A stretch of DNA of 64,000 nt, taken from NCBI GenBank assembly GCA_963765575.1, contig CAVXWZ010000008.1:192001-256000 (forward strand), given 5' to 3'. The position numbers and the translations under genes are program-made. Within the stretch, counting starts at the first letter, position 1. Every line of letters begins with the position of its first letter. This document shows positions 10,073 to 19,833 of this stretch, one piece after another. The notes below the pieces were generated by a model. The model worked only from the letters and a program-made list of their open reading frames with translations. It did not search any database and was not told the origin of the DNA. Origin of the DNA: an uncultured cyanobacterium. GTDB lineage: Bacteria; Cyanobacteriota; Cyanobacteriia; PCC-6307; Cyanobiaceae.

Positions 10073-12043
10073 ATGACCGAGGCCACGATCGAGTCTGTGC
10101 TGCAGGAAGGCCGGCTCTTCCCGCCACCGGCCGAGCTGGCGGCGGGTGCCCGCATCGGCTCGATGCAGGCCTATCGCGCCCTGTGCGAGCGGGCCGAGGC
10201 CGACCCCGATCGCTTCTGGGGGGATCTGGCCCGCTCCGAGTTGCACTGGTTCGAGCCCTTCCACACGGTGCTCGACTGGAGCGAGGCTCCGTTTGCCCGC
10301 TGGTTTGAGGGCGGCCGCACCAACCTCAGCTTCAACTGCCTGGATCGCCATCTCCAGGGCCCCCGCGCCGACAAGACGGCCTTGATCTGGGAAGGGGAGC
10401 CCGGCGACACCCGCACCTTCAGCTATCGCCAGTTGCATGCGGCGGTGTGCCAGGCGGCCAACGCCCTCAAGGCGCTGGGCATCGGCAAGGGCGATCTGGT
10501 GGCCCTTTACATGCCGATGGTGCCCGAGGCCGCCATCGCCATGCTCGCCTGCGCCCGCATCGGTGCGCCCCATTCGGTGGTGTTCGGCGGCTTTTCGGCC
10601 GACTCCCTGCGCGACCGGCTGATCGACGGCGCGGCCAAGGCCGTGATCACCGCCGACGGTGGCTTCCGCAAGGACAAGCCGGTGCCGCTCAAGCCGGCGG
10701 TGGATGAGGCCCTGGCCGAGCGGGGCGGTGCCCCCAGCGTGGAGCACGTGCTGGTGGTGCGCCGGATCGGCAGTGAGTGTCCGATGCAGGCAGGCCGCGA
10801 CCACTGGTGGCAGGAGCTGGTGGATGGCCAGGCGACGGACTGCCCCGCCGAGCCGATGGCCAGCGAAGACCGGCTGTTCGTGCTCTACACCTCCGGTTCC
10901 ACGGGCAAGCCCAAGGGGGTGGTGCACACCACCGCCGGCTACAACCTCTGGGCCCACATCACCTTCCAGTGGATCTTCGACATCCGCGACGACGACATCC
11001 ACTGGTGCACGGCCGATGTGGGCTGGATCACCGGCCACAGCTACATCGTCTACGGCCCCCTGTCCAACGGCGCCACCACGGTGATGTACGAGGGCGCGCC
11101 GCGGGCCGGCAACCCGGGGGCCTTCTGGGAGGTGGTGCAGAAGCACCGCGTGACGCTCTTCTACACGGCCCCCACCGCCATCCGCGCCTTCATGAAGAGC
11201 GGCCGTGAGGTGCCCGACCGCTACGACATGAGTTCGCTGCGCATCCTCGGCACGGTGGGCGAGCCGATCAATCCCGAAGCCTGGATCTGGTACCGGGAGG
11301 TGATCGGCGGCAACCGCTGCCCGGTGGTGGACACCTGGTGGCAGACCGAAACCGGCGGCGTGATGATCAGCCCCCTGCCCGGGGCCACCGCCACCAAGCC
11401 GGGATCCTGCACCCTGCCGCTGCCCGGGATCGTGGCCGACATCGTCGACCACGAAGGTCTCTCCCAGCCCGCCGATGCCGGCGGATACCTGGCGATCCGC
11501 CGCCCCTGGCCGGGGATGATGCGCACGGTGCACGGCGACCCGGATCGCTTCCGGCGCAGCTACTGGGAGGAGGTGCGGCCCGCCGATGGCTCCCACCTCT
11601 ACTTCGCCGGCGATGGCGCCCGCCGTGACGCCGACGGCTACTTCTGGGTGATGGGCCGGGTCGATGACGTGATCAGCGTCTCCGGCCACCGCCTCGGCAC
11701 CATGGAGATCGAGAGCGCCCTGGTGAGCCATCCCGCCGTGGCCGAGGCGGCCGTGGTGGGTCGTCCCGATGCGATCAAGGGGGAGGCGGTGGTGGCCTTC
11801 GTGACCCTGGACAGCAGCCATGAGGGCAGCGATGCCCTGGCGGCCGAGCTGCGCAGCCACGTGGGCAAGGAGATCGGCCCGATCGCCAAGCCCGATGTGA
11901 TCCGCTTCAGCGATGCCCTGCCCAAAACCCGCAGCGGCAAGATCATGCGCCGGATCCTGCGCTCGCTGGCGGCGGGCCAGGAGTTGAGCGGCGACACCAG
12001 CACCCTTGAGGACCGCTCGGTGCTCGATCAGCTACGCCGTTGA
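10073..12043 (+). CDS. acs: Acetyl-CoA synthetase
   Basis: [28 protein letters not shown] and [11 protein letters not shown]. Confidence 0.97.
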   Translation: MTEATIESVLQEGRLFPPPAELAAGARIGSMQAYRALCERAEADPDRFWGDLARSELHWFEPFHTVLDWSEAPFARWFEGGRTNLSFNCLDRHLQGPRADKTALIWEGEPGDTRTFSYRQLHAAVCQAANALKALGIGKGDLVALYMPMVPEAAIAMLACARIGAPHSVVFGGFSADSLRDRLIDGAAKAVITADGGFRKDKPVPLKPAVDEALAERGGAPSVEHVLVVRRIGSECPMQAGRDHWWQELVDGQATDCPAEPMASEDRLFVLYTSGSTGKPKGVVHTTAGYNLWAHITFQWIFDIRDDDIHWCTADVGWITGHSYIVYGPLSNGATTVMYEGAPRAGNPGAFWEVVQKHRVTLFYTAPTAIRAFMKSGREVPDRYDMSSLRILGTVGEPINPEAWIWYREVIGGNRCPVVDTWWQTETGGVMISPLPGATATKPGSCTLPLPGIVADIVDHEGLSQPADAGGYLAIRRPWPGMMRTVHGDPDRFRRSYWEEVRPADGSHLYFAGDGARRDADGYFWVMGRVDDVISVSGHRLGTMEIESALVSHPAVAEAAVVGRPDAIKGEAVVAFVTLDSSHEGSDALAAELRSHVGKEIGPIAKPDVIRFSDALPKTRSGKIMRRILRSLAAGQELSGDTSTLEDRSVLDQLRR

Positions 12044-13761
12044 GCCGCCCCTGTCCCTGGTGGAGGCGGGATCGCCGGCCCGGCCGACCCTGGTGGAAGG
12101 ATGCGGTGATCTATCAGATCCTGCCCTGGAGTTTTCTGGATACCAGCGGCACCGGTGTGGGCGATCTGCAGGGAATTATCCGCAAGCTCGATTATGTCGC
12201 GTCGTTAGGTGTTGATGCCATCTGGCTGACGCCTTTCTATGAGTCACCCATGAAGGATCTGGGCTATGACATCACCGACATGCTTGATATCGATCCCCTC
12301 TTTGGGGTGATGAAGGATTTCGAGTCGCTCCTGGATATTGCCCATGACATGGGCCTCAAGGTGGTGATTGACCAGGTCTGGAATCACACCTCACAGCTGC
12401 ATCCTTGGTTTGTGGAAAGTGCCGCCAGTCGCACGAATCCTAAGTTTGACTGGTATGTCTGGCAGGATCCCCGCGACGATGGTTCCCCGCCGAACAATTG
12501 GCTGTCAGCGTTCATGGGGCAAAGTGCCTGGCAATGGCATCAGGGGCGTCAGCAGTACTACCTGGCCAACTTCCTGCCGTGCCAGCCCGAGCTCAATTGG
12601 CACAACCCCCAGGTGGTGGAGGCTGTGCATGATCTGGCACGCTTCTGGCTGGACAAGGGGGTCGACGGTTTTCGCATCGATGCGGTGAACTTCTTCCTTG
12701 AGGACACCGCTCTTCGTGACAATCCGGAGCGCACGCCTGAGATGGGCCTTCCGGACGGGATCTCGCCTGACAACCCGATGGTTCGCCAGCAGTTCGTGAA
12801 CAGTTTCTGTCGCCCAGAGATGTTCGACCTGTTGCCGGCTATCAGGGCTCTGCTGGATTCCTATCCGAATGTGCTGAGCCTCGGTGAAGTGACACTGTGT
12901 GAGGACTCCATCGCCCTCTCCGGTGACTATGTGCAGGGGCGCGATCGTCTGCACCTTGCCTACAACAGTTCGCTGCTCCAGGACCAGCCCCTGTCGATGG
13001 CGATGCTGCGAGAGGTGATCGAGCGCACCCTGCGGCACTTCCCCGACCAGGGCCAGTGCTGGATGGTGGGGAATCACGACTACGGACGCTTCCGCTCGCG
13101 CTGGACGGGCAGCGATCAGCACGGTCACCCCTATCCGGAGGTCGCCTATCACATGATGGCGGCCCTGCTGATCTGCCTCCCCGGTGCCTTATGCCTCTAC
13201 CAGGGGGATGAGCTCGGTTTGCCGGAGGCTCGCATTCCCGCCGATATTCCCGAGGACCGGCTCCGGGACTCGTTCGGGAAGGCGCTCTATCCGGTTCTGC
13301 CCGGTCGGGATGGCTCCCGAACGCCGATGCCCTGGACAGCCAGCGGTCCCCAGCTGGGGTTCACCACCGCCGGCCAGCCCTGGCTGCCGATCCCTCGCGG
13401 GCACAGGGCCCTGGCAGTGGACCGCCAGACGAAGGATCCCAGCTCCCTGCTCAACACCTGGCGGCGGTTGCTGAACTGGCGTCGGGGCCAGCTCGCACTG
13501 CACAGCGGTGCCATCAGATTGCTGGATACGCAGGAGCCCCTGCTGGCCTTTCTGCGCGGGGATGACGAGCATCTGGGTGTGTTCTGCCTGTTCAACACCA
13601 GTGGACGTTGGGCTGAGTTTGATCCCTCACAGCATGGGCTGATCGATCAGCCCCTGCGTGCCTCCCTGGCGATCCCAGGCCTGATTCCTTTCGGCGAAGA
13701 TCACGTTTGCGGCGAGATTCTGCGATGCCCTCCCTACGGAGCGTTGGTGGTGGAGCGATGA
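12040..13761 (+). CDS. GH13 alpha-glucosidase (copy 1)
   Basis: [18 protein letters not shown] (nucleophile), LGEV (acid/base), GNHD, YQGDELG and [13 protein letters not shown] start overlaps the acs stop. Confidence 0.92.
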   Translation: MSRPCPWWRRDRRPGRPWWKDAVIYQILPWSFLDTSGTGVGDLQGIIRKLDYVASLGVDAIWLTPFYESPMKDLGYDITDMLDIDPLFGVMKDFESLLDIAHDMGLKVVIDQVWNHTSQLHPWFVESAASRTNPKFDWYVWQDPRDDGSPPNNWLSAFMGQSAWQWHQGRQQYYLANFLPCQPELNWHNPQVVEAVHDLARFWLDKGVDGFRIDAVNFFLEDTALRDNPERTPEMGLPDGISPDNPMVRQQFVNSFCRPEMFDLLPAIRALLDSYPNVLSLGEVTLCEDSIALSGDYVQGRDRLHLAYNSSLLQDQPLSMAMLREVIERTLRHFPDQGQCWMVGNHDYGRFRSRWTGSDQHGHPYPEVAYHMMAALLICLPGALCLYQGDELGLPEARIPADIPEDRLRDSFGKALYPVLPGRDGSRTPMPWTASGPQLGFTTAGQPWLPIPRGHRALAVDRQTKDPSSLLNTWRRLLNWRRGQLALHSGAIRLLDTQEPLLAFLRGDDEHLGVFCLFNTSGRWAEFDPSQHGLIDQPLRASLAIPGLIPFGEDHVCGEILRCPPYGALVVER

Positions 13762-15428
13762 GCACGGGCGCTGCGTGGTGGCGGTCGGCGGTCATCTATC
13801 AGATCTACCCCCGCAGCTTCATGGACAGCAGTGGTGATGGCGTCGGTGATCTGAACGGGATTATCGAGAGGTTGTCCTACGTGGCCTCCCTTGGCGTGGA
13901 TGCCGTCTGGGTGTCACCGTTTTATGTCTCGCCGATGAAGGACTTCGGCTATGACGTCAGCAACTATCGCCAGGTGGATCCCCTCTTCGGGACACTCAAT
14001 GATTTTCGTCGACTCCTCAGTCAAGCCCATGGCCTGGGTCTCAAGGTGATCATCGATCAGGTCTGGAGCCATACCTCAGACCAGCACCCCTGGTTCGTCG
14101 AGAGCAGCAAAAGTCGTCACAATCGCCATGCCGACTGGTATGTCTGGCATGACCCCGGCCCCGGGGCGCAGCCCCCCAGCAACTGGCTGTCCACCTTCGG
14201 CGGCCCGGCTTGGACATGGGAGCCCCAGCGCCGCCAGTATTATCTCCACCATTTTCTCAAGGAGCAGCCTGCTCTCAACTGGCGCAACCCCGAGGTGCAG
14301 GACGCGATGCTGGATGTGGGGCGCTACTGGCTCGACATGGGTGTCGATGGTTTTCGCTTCGACGTCATCAACTTTCTGGTGGCTGATCAGCACTGCCGTG
14401 ACAATCCCCTGCGCCTTCCGGGCATGGCACTGCCCGACGGTGCCTTCGGAGAGGTTCCCTTCTTTCGCTTTTTGAATACCTACAACCAGGGCCGGCCGGA
14501 GTCGCTGGAGATGGTGAAACGCATTCGCGCCCTGCTTGATAGCTATCCCAACCGCACCAGTCTGGCCGAGGTGTCTTGCGCCGAGGACGCGATCGCCGAT
14601 GCGGCCGCCTACGTGGATGCCCCGGACAAGCTGCACATGGCCTACAACGCATCCCTGATGAGTGAGGCTCCCCTCGACCGAGCCCGTCTGACGGGCATCA
14701 TCGAGCGGATGCAGGATCATTTCCAGTCTGGAATTCTCTGCTGGACCGCCGGAACCCACGACTTTCCCCGTCTCGCCTCCCGCTGGCACGGCGCCCTGAT
14801 GGACGAACACTTCAGCCAGGAGGCCTTCGATCATCAGCTCGCCGCGCTCCAGATCAGCCTGAAGGGCAGTTGCTGCATCTATCAGGGGGATGAACTGGGT
14901 CTGCACCAGGCCGAGATCCCCCCCGAGCGGATGCAGGACCCCTTCGGCATCCGGGGCTATCCGCTGGTGCTGGGTCGCGATGGTTGCCGTACCCCCATGC
15001 CCTGGACGATCGACGGGGATCAGGCCGGCTTCACCACAGCGCCTGAGGCCTGGTTGCCGCTGCCACCGGAGCATCGCCGCCTGGCGGTGGAGGCCCAGGA
15101 GCGCGATTCCCAGTCGCTGCTCAACAAATACCGTCGTCTGATCCACTGGCGCCGCCGTCAGCCGGCCCTCACCGATGGAGACCTGCAGCTCCTGCCCAGC
15201 GACGACCCTGTCCTGGCCTTCTGTCGCCGGTCCGCCGGCCAGAGCCTCCTGTTCGCGTTCAATTTCAGCGGGCAGCCGGTGTACCAGTCCTTGAACAGCT
15301 GGCCTGCCTGCCAGCAGGCCGATGAACTGGATTTTCAGGTGCGCTGTTTTGAGCGCACCGTGGAGATTCCCGCTTACGGGGTGTTCATCGCTGTGGTCGA
15401 GCCTGCAGCCGCGACCAGCGATCGGTGA
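13758..15428 (+). CDS. GH13 alpha-glucosidase (copy 2)
   Basis: WWRSAVIYQIYPRSF, GFRFDVIN, LAEV, GTHD, YQGDELG and RDGCRTPMPW; ATGA overlap with copy 1. Confidence 0.92.
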   Translation: MSTGAAWWRSAVIYQIYPRSFMDSSGDGVGDLNGIIERLSYVASLGVDAVWVSPFYVSPMKDFGYDVSNYRQVDPLFGTLNDFRRLLSQAHGLGLKVIIDQVWSHTSDQHPWFVESSKSRHNRHADWYVWHDPGPGAQPPSNWLSTFGGPAWTWEPQRRQYYLHHFLKEQPALNWRNPEVQDAMLDVGRYWLDMGVDGFRFDVINFLVADQHCRDNPLRLPGMALPDGAFGEVPFFRFLNTYNQGRPESLEMVKRIRALLDSYPNRTSLAEVSCAEDAIADAAAYVDAPDKLHMAYNASLMSEAPLDRARLTGIIERMQDHFQSGILCWTAGTHDFPRLASRWHGALMDEHFSQEAFDHQLAALQISLKGSCCIYQGDELGLHQAEIPPERMQDPFGIRGYPLVLGRDGCRTPMPWTIDGDQAGFTTAPEAWLPLPPEHRRLAVEAQERDSQSLLNKYRRLIHWRRRQPALTDGDLQLLPSDDPVLAFCRRSAGQSLLFAFNFSGQPVYQSLNSWPACQQADELDFQVRCFERTVEIPAYGVFIAVVEPAAATSDR

Positions 15429-16137
15429 GATCAGCAATCCGCTCCATGGCCCGTTGCCGGGAGGGATCGTCGGCCCACTCGCCGAGCAGTTGCCGCCGCA
15501 GTCCGCCGCTGGCAGGCGTGAGGTGGTCGCCCGGCAGTTCCTGGAGGCTGCTGGCGTCGTCGGGGCGGGCTTGCAGCACCCCGAGCAGGCGGCTGCTCTG
15601 GTCGATGTTGTCGCGGCTGAAGCGCACAAGCAGGTTGCGCGGCTGGCGATAGCTGACGGCCACCTGCCGCAGGGTTTCCTCCGGGGAGGGGCTGAACTCG
15701 CTGCGGAAGCGGAACTGCTGCCCCAGTTCAGCCAGCAGGGGGATCGAGCGCTCCGCTGAGAAGTTGTTGAAACTCAGGGCCACCAGGCCCTGCGAGCGGC
15801 GGCCGCCATCGGGGGCGAGCAGATGCAGCTTGCAGCCCAGGCTGTGGCCCAACCGCAGGGGGTCTGCTGGTGGCAGCGCACCCAGCTCGTCGAGGGCCTG
15901 GCGTTGCTCGCGAAACCGTCTCCAGGCGGCGTTGGCCTGGGCCTGGTGATCGAACCCCGGCACGTAGCTCCAGGCATGCACCCGCCAGCCCAGCCGGGCC
16001 ACGGCCTCGAGCAGGCGGCGGTAGCTGAGCTGGGGGTTGCTGGCCAGGTAGCTGCCACCGATGAATTCCACCAGCCCCCGGGGCTGGACACTGGGCTCCA
16101 GCAGCCAGAGCTCATCCTGCTGCCGCCAGCGCGCCAT
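15385..16137 (-). CDS. DUF1350-family alpha/beta hydrolase-like protein
   Basis: FIGGSYL...PQLSYRRLL, GHSLGCKLHLL, SFNN and EFSPSPEET, typical of the cyanobacterial/plant DUF1350 family. Confidence 0.85.
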   Translation of the reverse strand: MARWRQQDELWLLEPSVQPRGLVEFIGGSYLASNPQLSYRRLLEAVARLGWRVHAWSYVPGFDHQAQANAAWRRFREQRQALDELGALPPADPLRLGHSLGCKLHLLAPDGGRRSQGLVALSFNNFSAERSIPLLAELGQQFRFRSEFSPSPEETLRQVAVSYRQPRNLLVRFSRDNIDQSSRLLGVLQARPDDASSLQELPGDHLTPASGGLRRQLLGEWADDPSRQRAMERIADLTDRWSRLQARPQR

Positions 16138-16148
16138 GGCTGCGGCCC

Positions 16149-16610
16149 TCAGCCCTGCAGCCGCTGCAGCGCCTCAAGCGCCTCGCGGCGATGGGCCGGC
16201 CCGTCGAGCAGGTTGTTGAACACGTGCCGGATCACCCCGGCAGCGTCGATCACGTAGGTGACCCGGCCGGGCAGCAAGCCCAGCACCGCCGGCACGCCGA
16301 AGGCCTTGCGCAGGCTGTTGCCGCGGTCCACCAGCAGCGGATAGGGCAGCTTGTGGCGGGAGGCGAAGCGCCCATGGCTGGCGGCGTCGTCGCCACTCAC
16401 CCCCCACACCTCAGCGCCCAGGGCCTGGAGGTCGGCGTAGCTGTCGCGGAAGGCGCAGGCCTCCATCGTGCAACCGGGGGTGTCGTCCTTGGGATAGAAG
16501 AACAGCACCAGGGCCTTGCCGTCCAGCTGGTCGCTGCGGCGCTCGATGCCCTCCTGGTCGGGTAGGGCGATCGGGGGGGCGCTGTCGCCGGCGGCGAGCG
16601 CTGGGGCCAT
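16149..16610 (-). CDS. bcp: Peroxiredoxin (BCP/PrxQ type)
   Basis: FYPKDDTPGCTMEACAFRD and GRVTYVID; ATG at 16610. Confidence 0.92.
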   Translation of the reverse strand: MAPALAAGDSAPPIALPDQEGIERRSDQLDGKALVLFFYPKDDTPGCTMEACAFRDSYADLQALGAEVWGVSGDDAASHGRFASRHKLPYPLLVDRGNSLRKAFGVPAVLGLLPGRVTYVIDAAGVIRHVFNNLLDGPAHRREALEALQRLQG

Positions 16611-16639
16611 GACAACGGGAGCAGCGGCCGAAACCCTAC

Positions 16640-17611
16640 TTGCATCGGCTGGGACGATGGGAGGCAGCGTCTGAGCCGGATGTGAGTGGTCCCTCCCCCC
16701 AGCAGCCCACCCCTTGGCAGCAGCCGGATCTGCTGTCACTGATTGCGCCGCCCTCCCTTTCGCCCGCTTCAACAGCGGCTGCGGCCGAGCCAGCGGCGCA
16801 GCCAGCGCATGCGCCAGCGGCAGGGCCAGCTGCCGATGCGGCTGATCCCGAGGCCCCGACGCTGGCTCCCCGCGGTTGTCCCGCCACCCTGCTGATCCTC
16901 GACACCGAGACCACCGGCCTCGATCCGGCCCAGGGGCGTTGCATCGAGGTGGGCGCCATGCTCTTCGCGGTAGCCGAGCGCGCCGTGCTCAACCAGGTGT
17001 CATTCCTGCTGCCGGTGGCCACCAACCCCGCCGAGCACGTCAACGGCATCCCCGCCGCCGTCAGCCGCCTGTCCCAGCCCTGGCAGGCGGGCCTGCAGTG
17101 CTTCAGCGCCATGCTCGCGGCGGCGGACGCGGTGCTGGCCCACAACGCGGCCTTCGATCGCCAGTGGTTCGGCATCGAGCCCCTGCCGCCGGTGGCCAAG
17201 CCCTGGATCTGCTCGATGGACGACATCCGCTGGCCGGCGGACCTGCATCTGCGCGCCGCGCCCTCGGTGCGTGATCTGGCCCTGGCCCACGGGGTGCCCG
17301 TGTGGGCGGCCCACCGCGCCCTCACCGACTGCATCTACCTGGCCGAGGTGCTGGAGCGCTGCAGCGACCTTGAAGAGCTGCTCTGCGGCGCCCTGGAGCC
17401 CCGCCACCTCTACCGCGCCCGCCTCTCCTACGCCGAGCGCCACAAGGCCCGGGAGGCGGGCTTCCGCTGGAACGCCGCCGTGGCGGGTGCCTGGAGCCGC
17501 CGCCTCAGCGAGTCCGAAGCCGCTGCCCTGGCGTTCCCGGTGCAGCGGCTTGAGGCGGATGGACAGCCCCCCGCCGACCCTGGCGACCACCGGGCGCCGC
17601 TGGCCGCCTGA
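16640..17611 (+). CDS. DEDDh 3'-5' exonuclease (DNA Pol III epsilon-like); start uncertain
   Basis: ILDTETTGLD (ExoI), AHNAAFD (ExoII), AHRALTD (ExoIII). Confidence 0.88.
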   Translation: MHRLGRWEAASEPDVSGPSPQQPTPWQQPDLLSLIAPPSLSPASTAAAAEPAAQPAHAPAAGPAADAADPEAPTLAPRGCPATLLILDTETTGLDPAQGRCIEVGAMLFAVAERAVLNQVSFLLPVATNPAEHVNGIPAAVSRLSQPWQAGLQCFSAMLAAADAVLAHNAAFDRQWFGIEPLPPVAKPWICSMDDIRWPADLHLRAAPSVRDLALAHGVPVWAAHRALTDCIYLAEVLERCSDLEELLCGALEPRHLYRARLSYAERHKAREAGFRWNAAVAGAWSRRLSESEAAALAFPVQRLEADGQPPADPGDHRAPLAA

Positions 17612-17696
17612 ACCCCTGCCGGCCTGAGCGCCTGCAGCCGCGCCAAAAAAAATCGGCAGGCCTGGGAAGGCTGCCGATCGCACGTCAGAACCGGAA

Positions 17697-17770
17697 TCGG
17701 AGCGGCGGGATTTGAACCCACGACCCCCACTACCCCAAAGTGGTGCGCTACCAAGCTGCGCTACGCCCCG
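17697..17770 (-). tRNA. tRNA-Pro(GGG)
   Basis: Reverse complement CGGGGCGTAGCGCAGCTTGGTAGCGCACCACTTTGGGGTAGTGGGGGTCGTGGGTTCAAATCCCGCCGCTCCGA folds as a cloverleaf; anticodon loop TTGGGGT; T-loop GTTCAAATC. Confidence 0.97.
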
Positions 17771-17794
17771 ACAAGGTCCGGCAAACGCAAGCTA

Positions 17795-18157
17795 TCACAG
17801 TGCTTTGCGGTGGCTACCGCTCCCCTGACGCCGGCGCTGCAGTCGGCGCAGCAGCCGGCGCGTGAGCCGCTCGCGGCCCTGCCCTGCGTAGCCCGGCAGG
17901 CGCAGGTCGTGGGCCAGGAAGCGCAGTTCCGCCAGCCCCATGCCCGCCAGCCGCAGTTCCGGCAGCTGCTGCCAGGCCCCGTCGGCAGCGGGCAGCCGCA
18001 GGTCCTGACGAGCAGGGCCCCAGCGCCCCAGGGCCCCTTCCGCCATCCACTCCGGCACCAGCACCACCAGCACCGCCAGCAGGCCATAGAGCTCCACCAG
18101 GCCGCGGGGCAGGGGATGACGCGGCTTCGGCGCACCATCGCGACCGGCGTCATTCAA
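17795..18157 (-). CDS. Hypothetical membrane-anchored protein
   Basis: ORF with hydrophobic stretch LVELYGLLAVLVVLVPEW and a basic C-terminus; packed operon-like with its neighbours. Confidence 0.65.
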   Translation of the reverse strand: MNDAGRDGAPKPRHPLPRGLVELYGLLAVLVVLVPEWMAEGALGRWGPARQDLRLPAADGAWQQLPELRLAGMGLAELRFLAHDLRLPGYAGQGRERLTRRLLRRLQRRRQGSGSHRKAL

Positions 18158-18336
18158 ACCGCCAGGCCCCGGCGGCTGCCGGCCAGTTCGGGGGCCACGG
18201 CCGAGGGGCCGTCACGCCATTGCAGCTGGGGCTCTGGCCGGGGTTGCAGCTTCACCGTCCAGAGCACCAGGGCGAAGCACAGAGCGATGGTGGAGAGCAG
18301 CACGAGCAGTACCACCCGGTCCGGCAGGGGAGTCAT
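18154..18336 (-). CDS. Small single-TM hypothetical protein
   Basis: MTPLPDRVVLLVLLSTIALCFALVLW...; ATG at 18336, stop overlaps the next start. Confidence 0.55.
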   Translation of the reverse strand: MTPLPDRVVLLVLLSTIALCFALVLWTVKLQPRPEPQLQWRDGPSAVAPELAGSRRGLAV

Positions 18337-18344
18337 GGCGATGC

Positions 18345-18659
18345 TCAGACCCGCTCGGTGCGGGTGCACTGGATGCGACTGGGAAGCTGCTCGATGGTGA
18401 GCAGATCGCCCTGCAGGATGAGTGTCAGGCGCGGGTTCGCGTAGCGGATGCCGGGCAGGGGCGAGTCGTCGCGGAAGGCTGTGGTGCGATAGCGGCCGGT
18501 GGTCAGCGCCGCCTGGGCATCATTGCGCTCGAGCTGCACCCTGCCAAGGCGGGGGCAGAGGAAGCTGTCGCTGGTCTCGTAGTGCTCCCACCACGGCGAG
18601 GCCTGGGCCAGCACGCTGGCGGCCGCGATCAGCAGCAGGTGGGGAACCGCAACAGCCAT
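18345..18659 (-). CDS. Hypothetical secreted protein
   Basis: Signal-like MAVAVPHLLLIAAASVLAQA; two Cys (FLCP...IQCT) that could form a disulfide. Confidence 0.6.
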   Translation of the reverse strand: MAVAVPHLLLIAAASVLAQASPWWEHYETSDSFLCPRLGRVQLERNDAQAALTTGRYRTTAFRDDSPLPGIRYANPRLTLILQGDLLTIEQLPSRIQCTRTERV

Positions 18660-18669
18660 GGCGGGCAGA

Positions 18670-19425
18670 TCAGTTTGCGGGGGACGCTGCCAATTGAATC
18701 GGTGCGTTGTCACCGCGCAGGACGCAGTGGCTGATCGACCAGTCGTAGCAGTCCCAGACCTTCGGATCCAGTCGGTAGTGGGCGCCGGGGAAGGCGCCCA
18801 GGCGCTGGCCGCTGGGCTGGGCGGAGCAGTAGGGACGGCTGCCGGGCTTGGCCAGGTATTGCTGGTGGTAGGGCTCGGCGAACCAGAAGCGCTGGCCGCT
18901 GCTGATCTCGGTGGTGATGGGCCCATGGCCGGCCCCCTCCAGCAGCGCCTGGTAGGCCGCTTTGCTGGCTTCGGCCTGCTCGAGCAAGGCGGCATCGTTC
19001 ACGTAGATCGCCGATCTGTACTGGGAGCCCCGGTCGTTGCCCTGGCCATCACCCTGGGTGGGGTCGTGGCATTCCCAGAACAGCTTGAGCAGGTCGCTGA
19101 AATCGATCAGGGCCTGATCCCAGACCACCCGCACCACTTCGGCATGGCCACTGCGACCGGAGCACACCTGCTGGTAGCTGGGCTGCTCCAGCTGGCCGCC
19201 GGCATAGCCCACCGCCGTGGTGAGCACGCCGGGAAGCCGCCAGAAGCCCTTTTCGACGCCCCAGAAGCAGCCGCAGCCAAACAGGGCCTCGGCCTGCCCG
19301 GTCACGGGAAGCAGGCTGATCGGCGTGCCGAGCACCGCGTGGAGCGGCCCCCCGGCGGCGTCGTTGGGTACACCCGCACCGGCACTGGACCCCGCAGGCT
19401 GCCTGCCGAAGACTTGGCCGAACAC
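18670..19425 (-). CDS. msrA: Peptide methionine sulfoxide reductase A
   Basis: GCFWGVE, GHAEVV, HDPTQG..QGNDRGSQYRS and AEPYHQQYL. Confidence 0.95.
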   Translation of the reverse strand: MFGQVFGRQPAGSSAGAGVPNDAAGGPLHAVLGTPISLLPVTGQAEALFGCGCFWGVEKGFWRLPGVLTTAVGYAGGQLEQPSYQQVCSGRSGHAEVVRVVWDQALIDFSDLLKLFWECHDPTQGDGQGNDRGSQYRSAIYVNDAALLEQAEASKAAYQALLEGAGHGPITTEISSGQRFWFAEPYHQQYLAKPGSRPYCSAQPSGQRLGAFPGAHYRLDPKVWDCYDWSISHCVLRGDNAPIQLAASPAN

Positions 19426-19453
19426 AGCGCCACCGCAACTGAGCGGAGCCTAG

Positions 19454-19732
19454 TCAGGCCGCCGGGGACTGCGGGCGCGGCTCCAGGGCGATGTGGTTGA
19501 GCAGGGTGGTGGTGAAGGCGAACACCAGGAACGGCAGCGACACCACCAGGATCAGCCCCACGCCCACCAGGGCGTACATGGGCCGGCTGGCCCCCATCAG
19601 GGCCAGACCGGCCGCCAGGCTCACGAAGATCACCGCCATCCAGATCAGAATCTGGGCATAGATGTCGCCGAAGCTCAGGGTGCAGCGCAGGTTGTAGGCC
19701 TGGGCCGGGAGCGGGGCTGGACCAGCGGACAT
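19454..19732 (-). CDS. Cyanobacterial 2-TM hypothetical protein
   Basis: CTLSFGDIYAQILIWMAVIFVSLA followed by two hydrophobic helices. Confidence 0.75.
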   Translation of the reverse strand: MSAGPAPLPAQAYNLRCTLSFGDIYAQILIWMAVIFVSLAAGLALMGASRPMYALVGVGLILVVSLPFLVFAFTTTLLNHIALEPRPQSPAA

Positions 19733-19833
19733 GGGTCGGATGCGATGTCACCACCTAAGCCGGATTGCATCCATCTGAGCCGGCGCCGCAACAAGAGTTG
19801 CGCTTCGCAGCCGCCAGGCCCCAGGGGACGCCC

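Noticed and set aside
17630..17700. tRNA-Pro as an island attachment site
   Set aside because: No integrase and no duplicated tRNA 3' end seen; the flanking genes look like ordinary chromosome.
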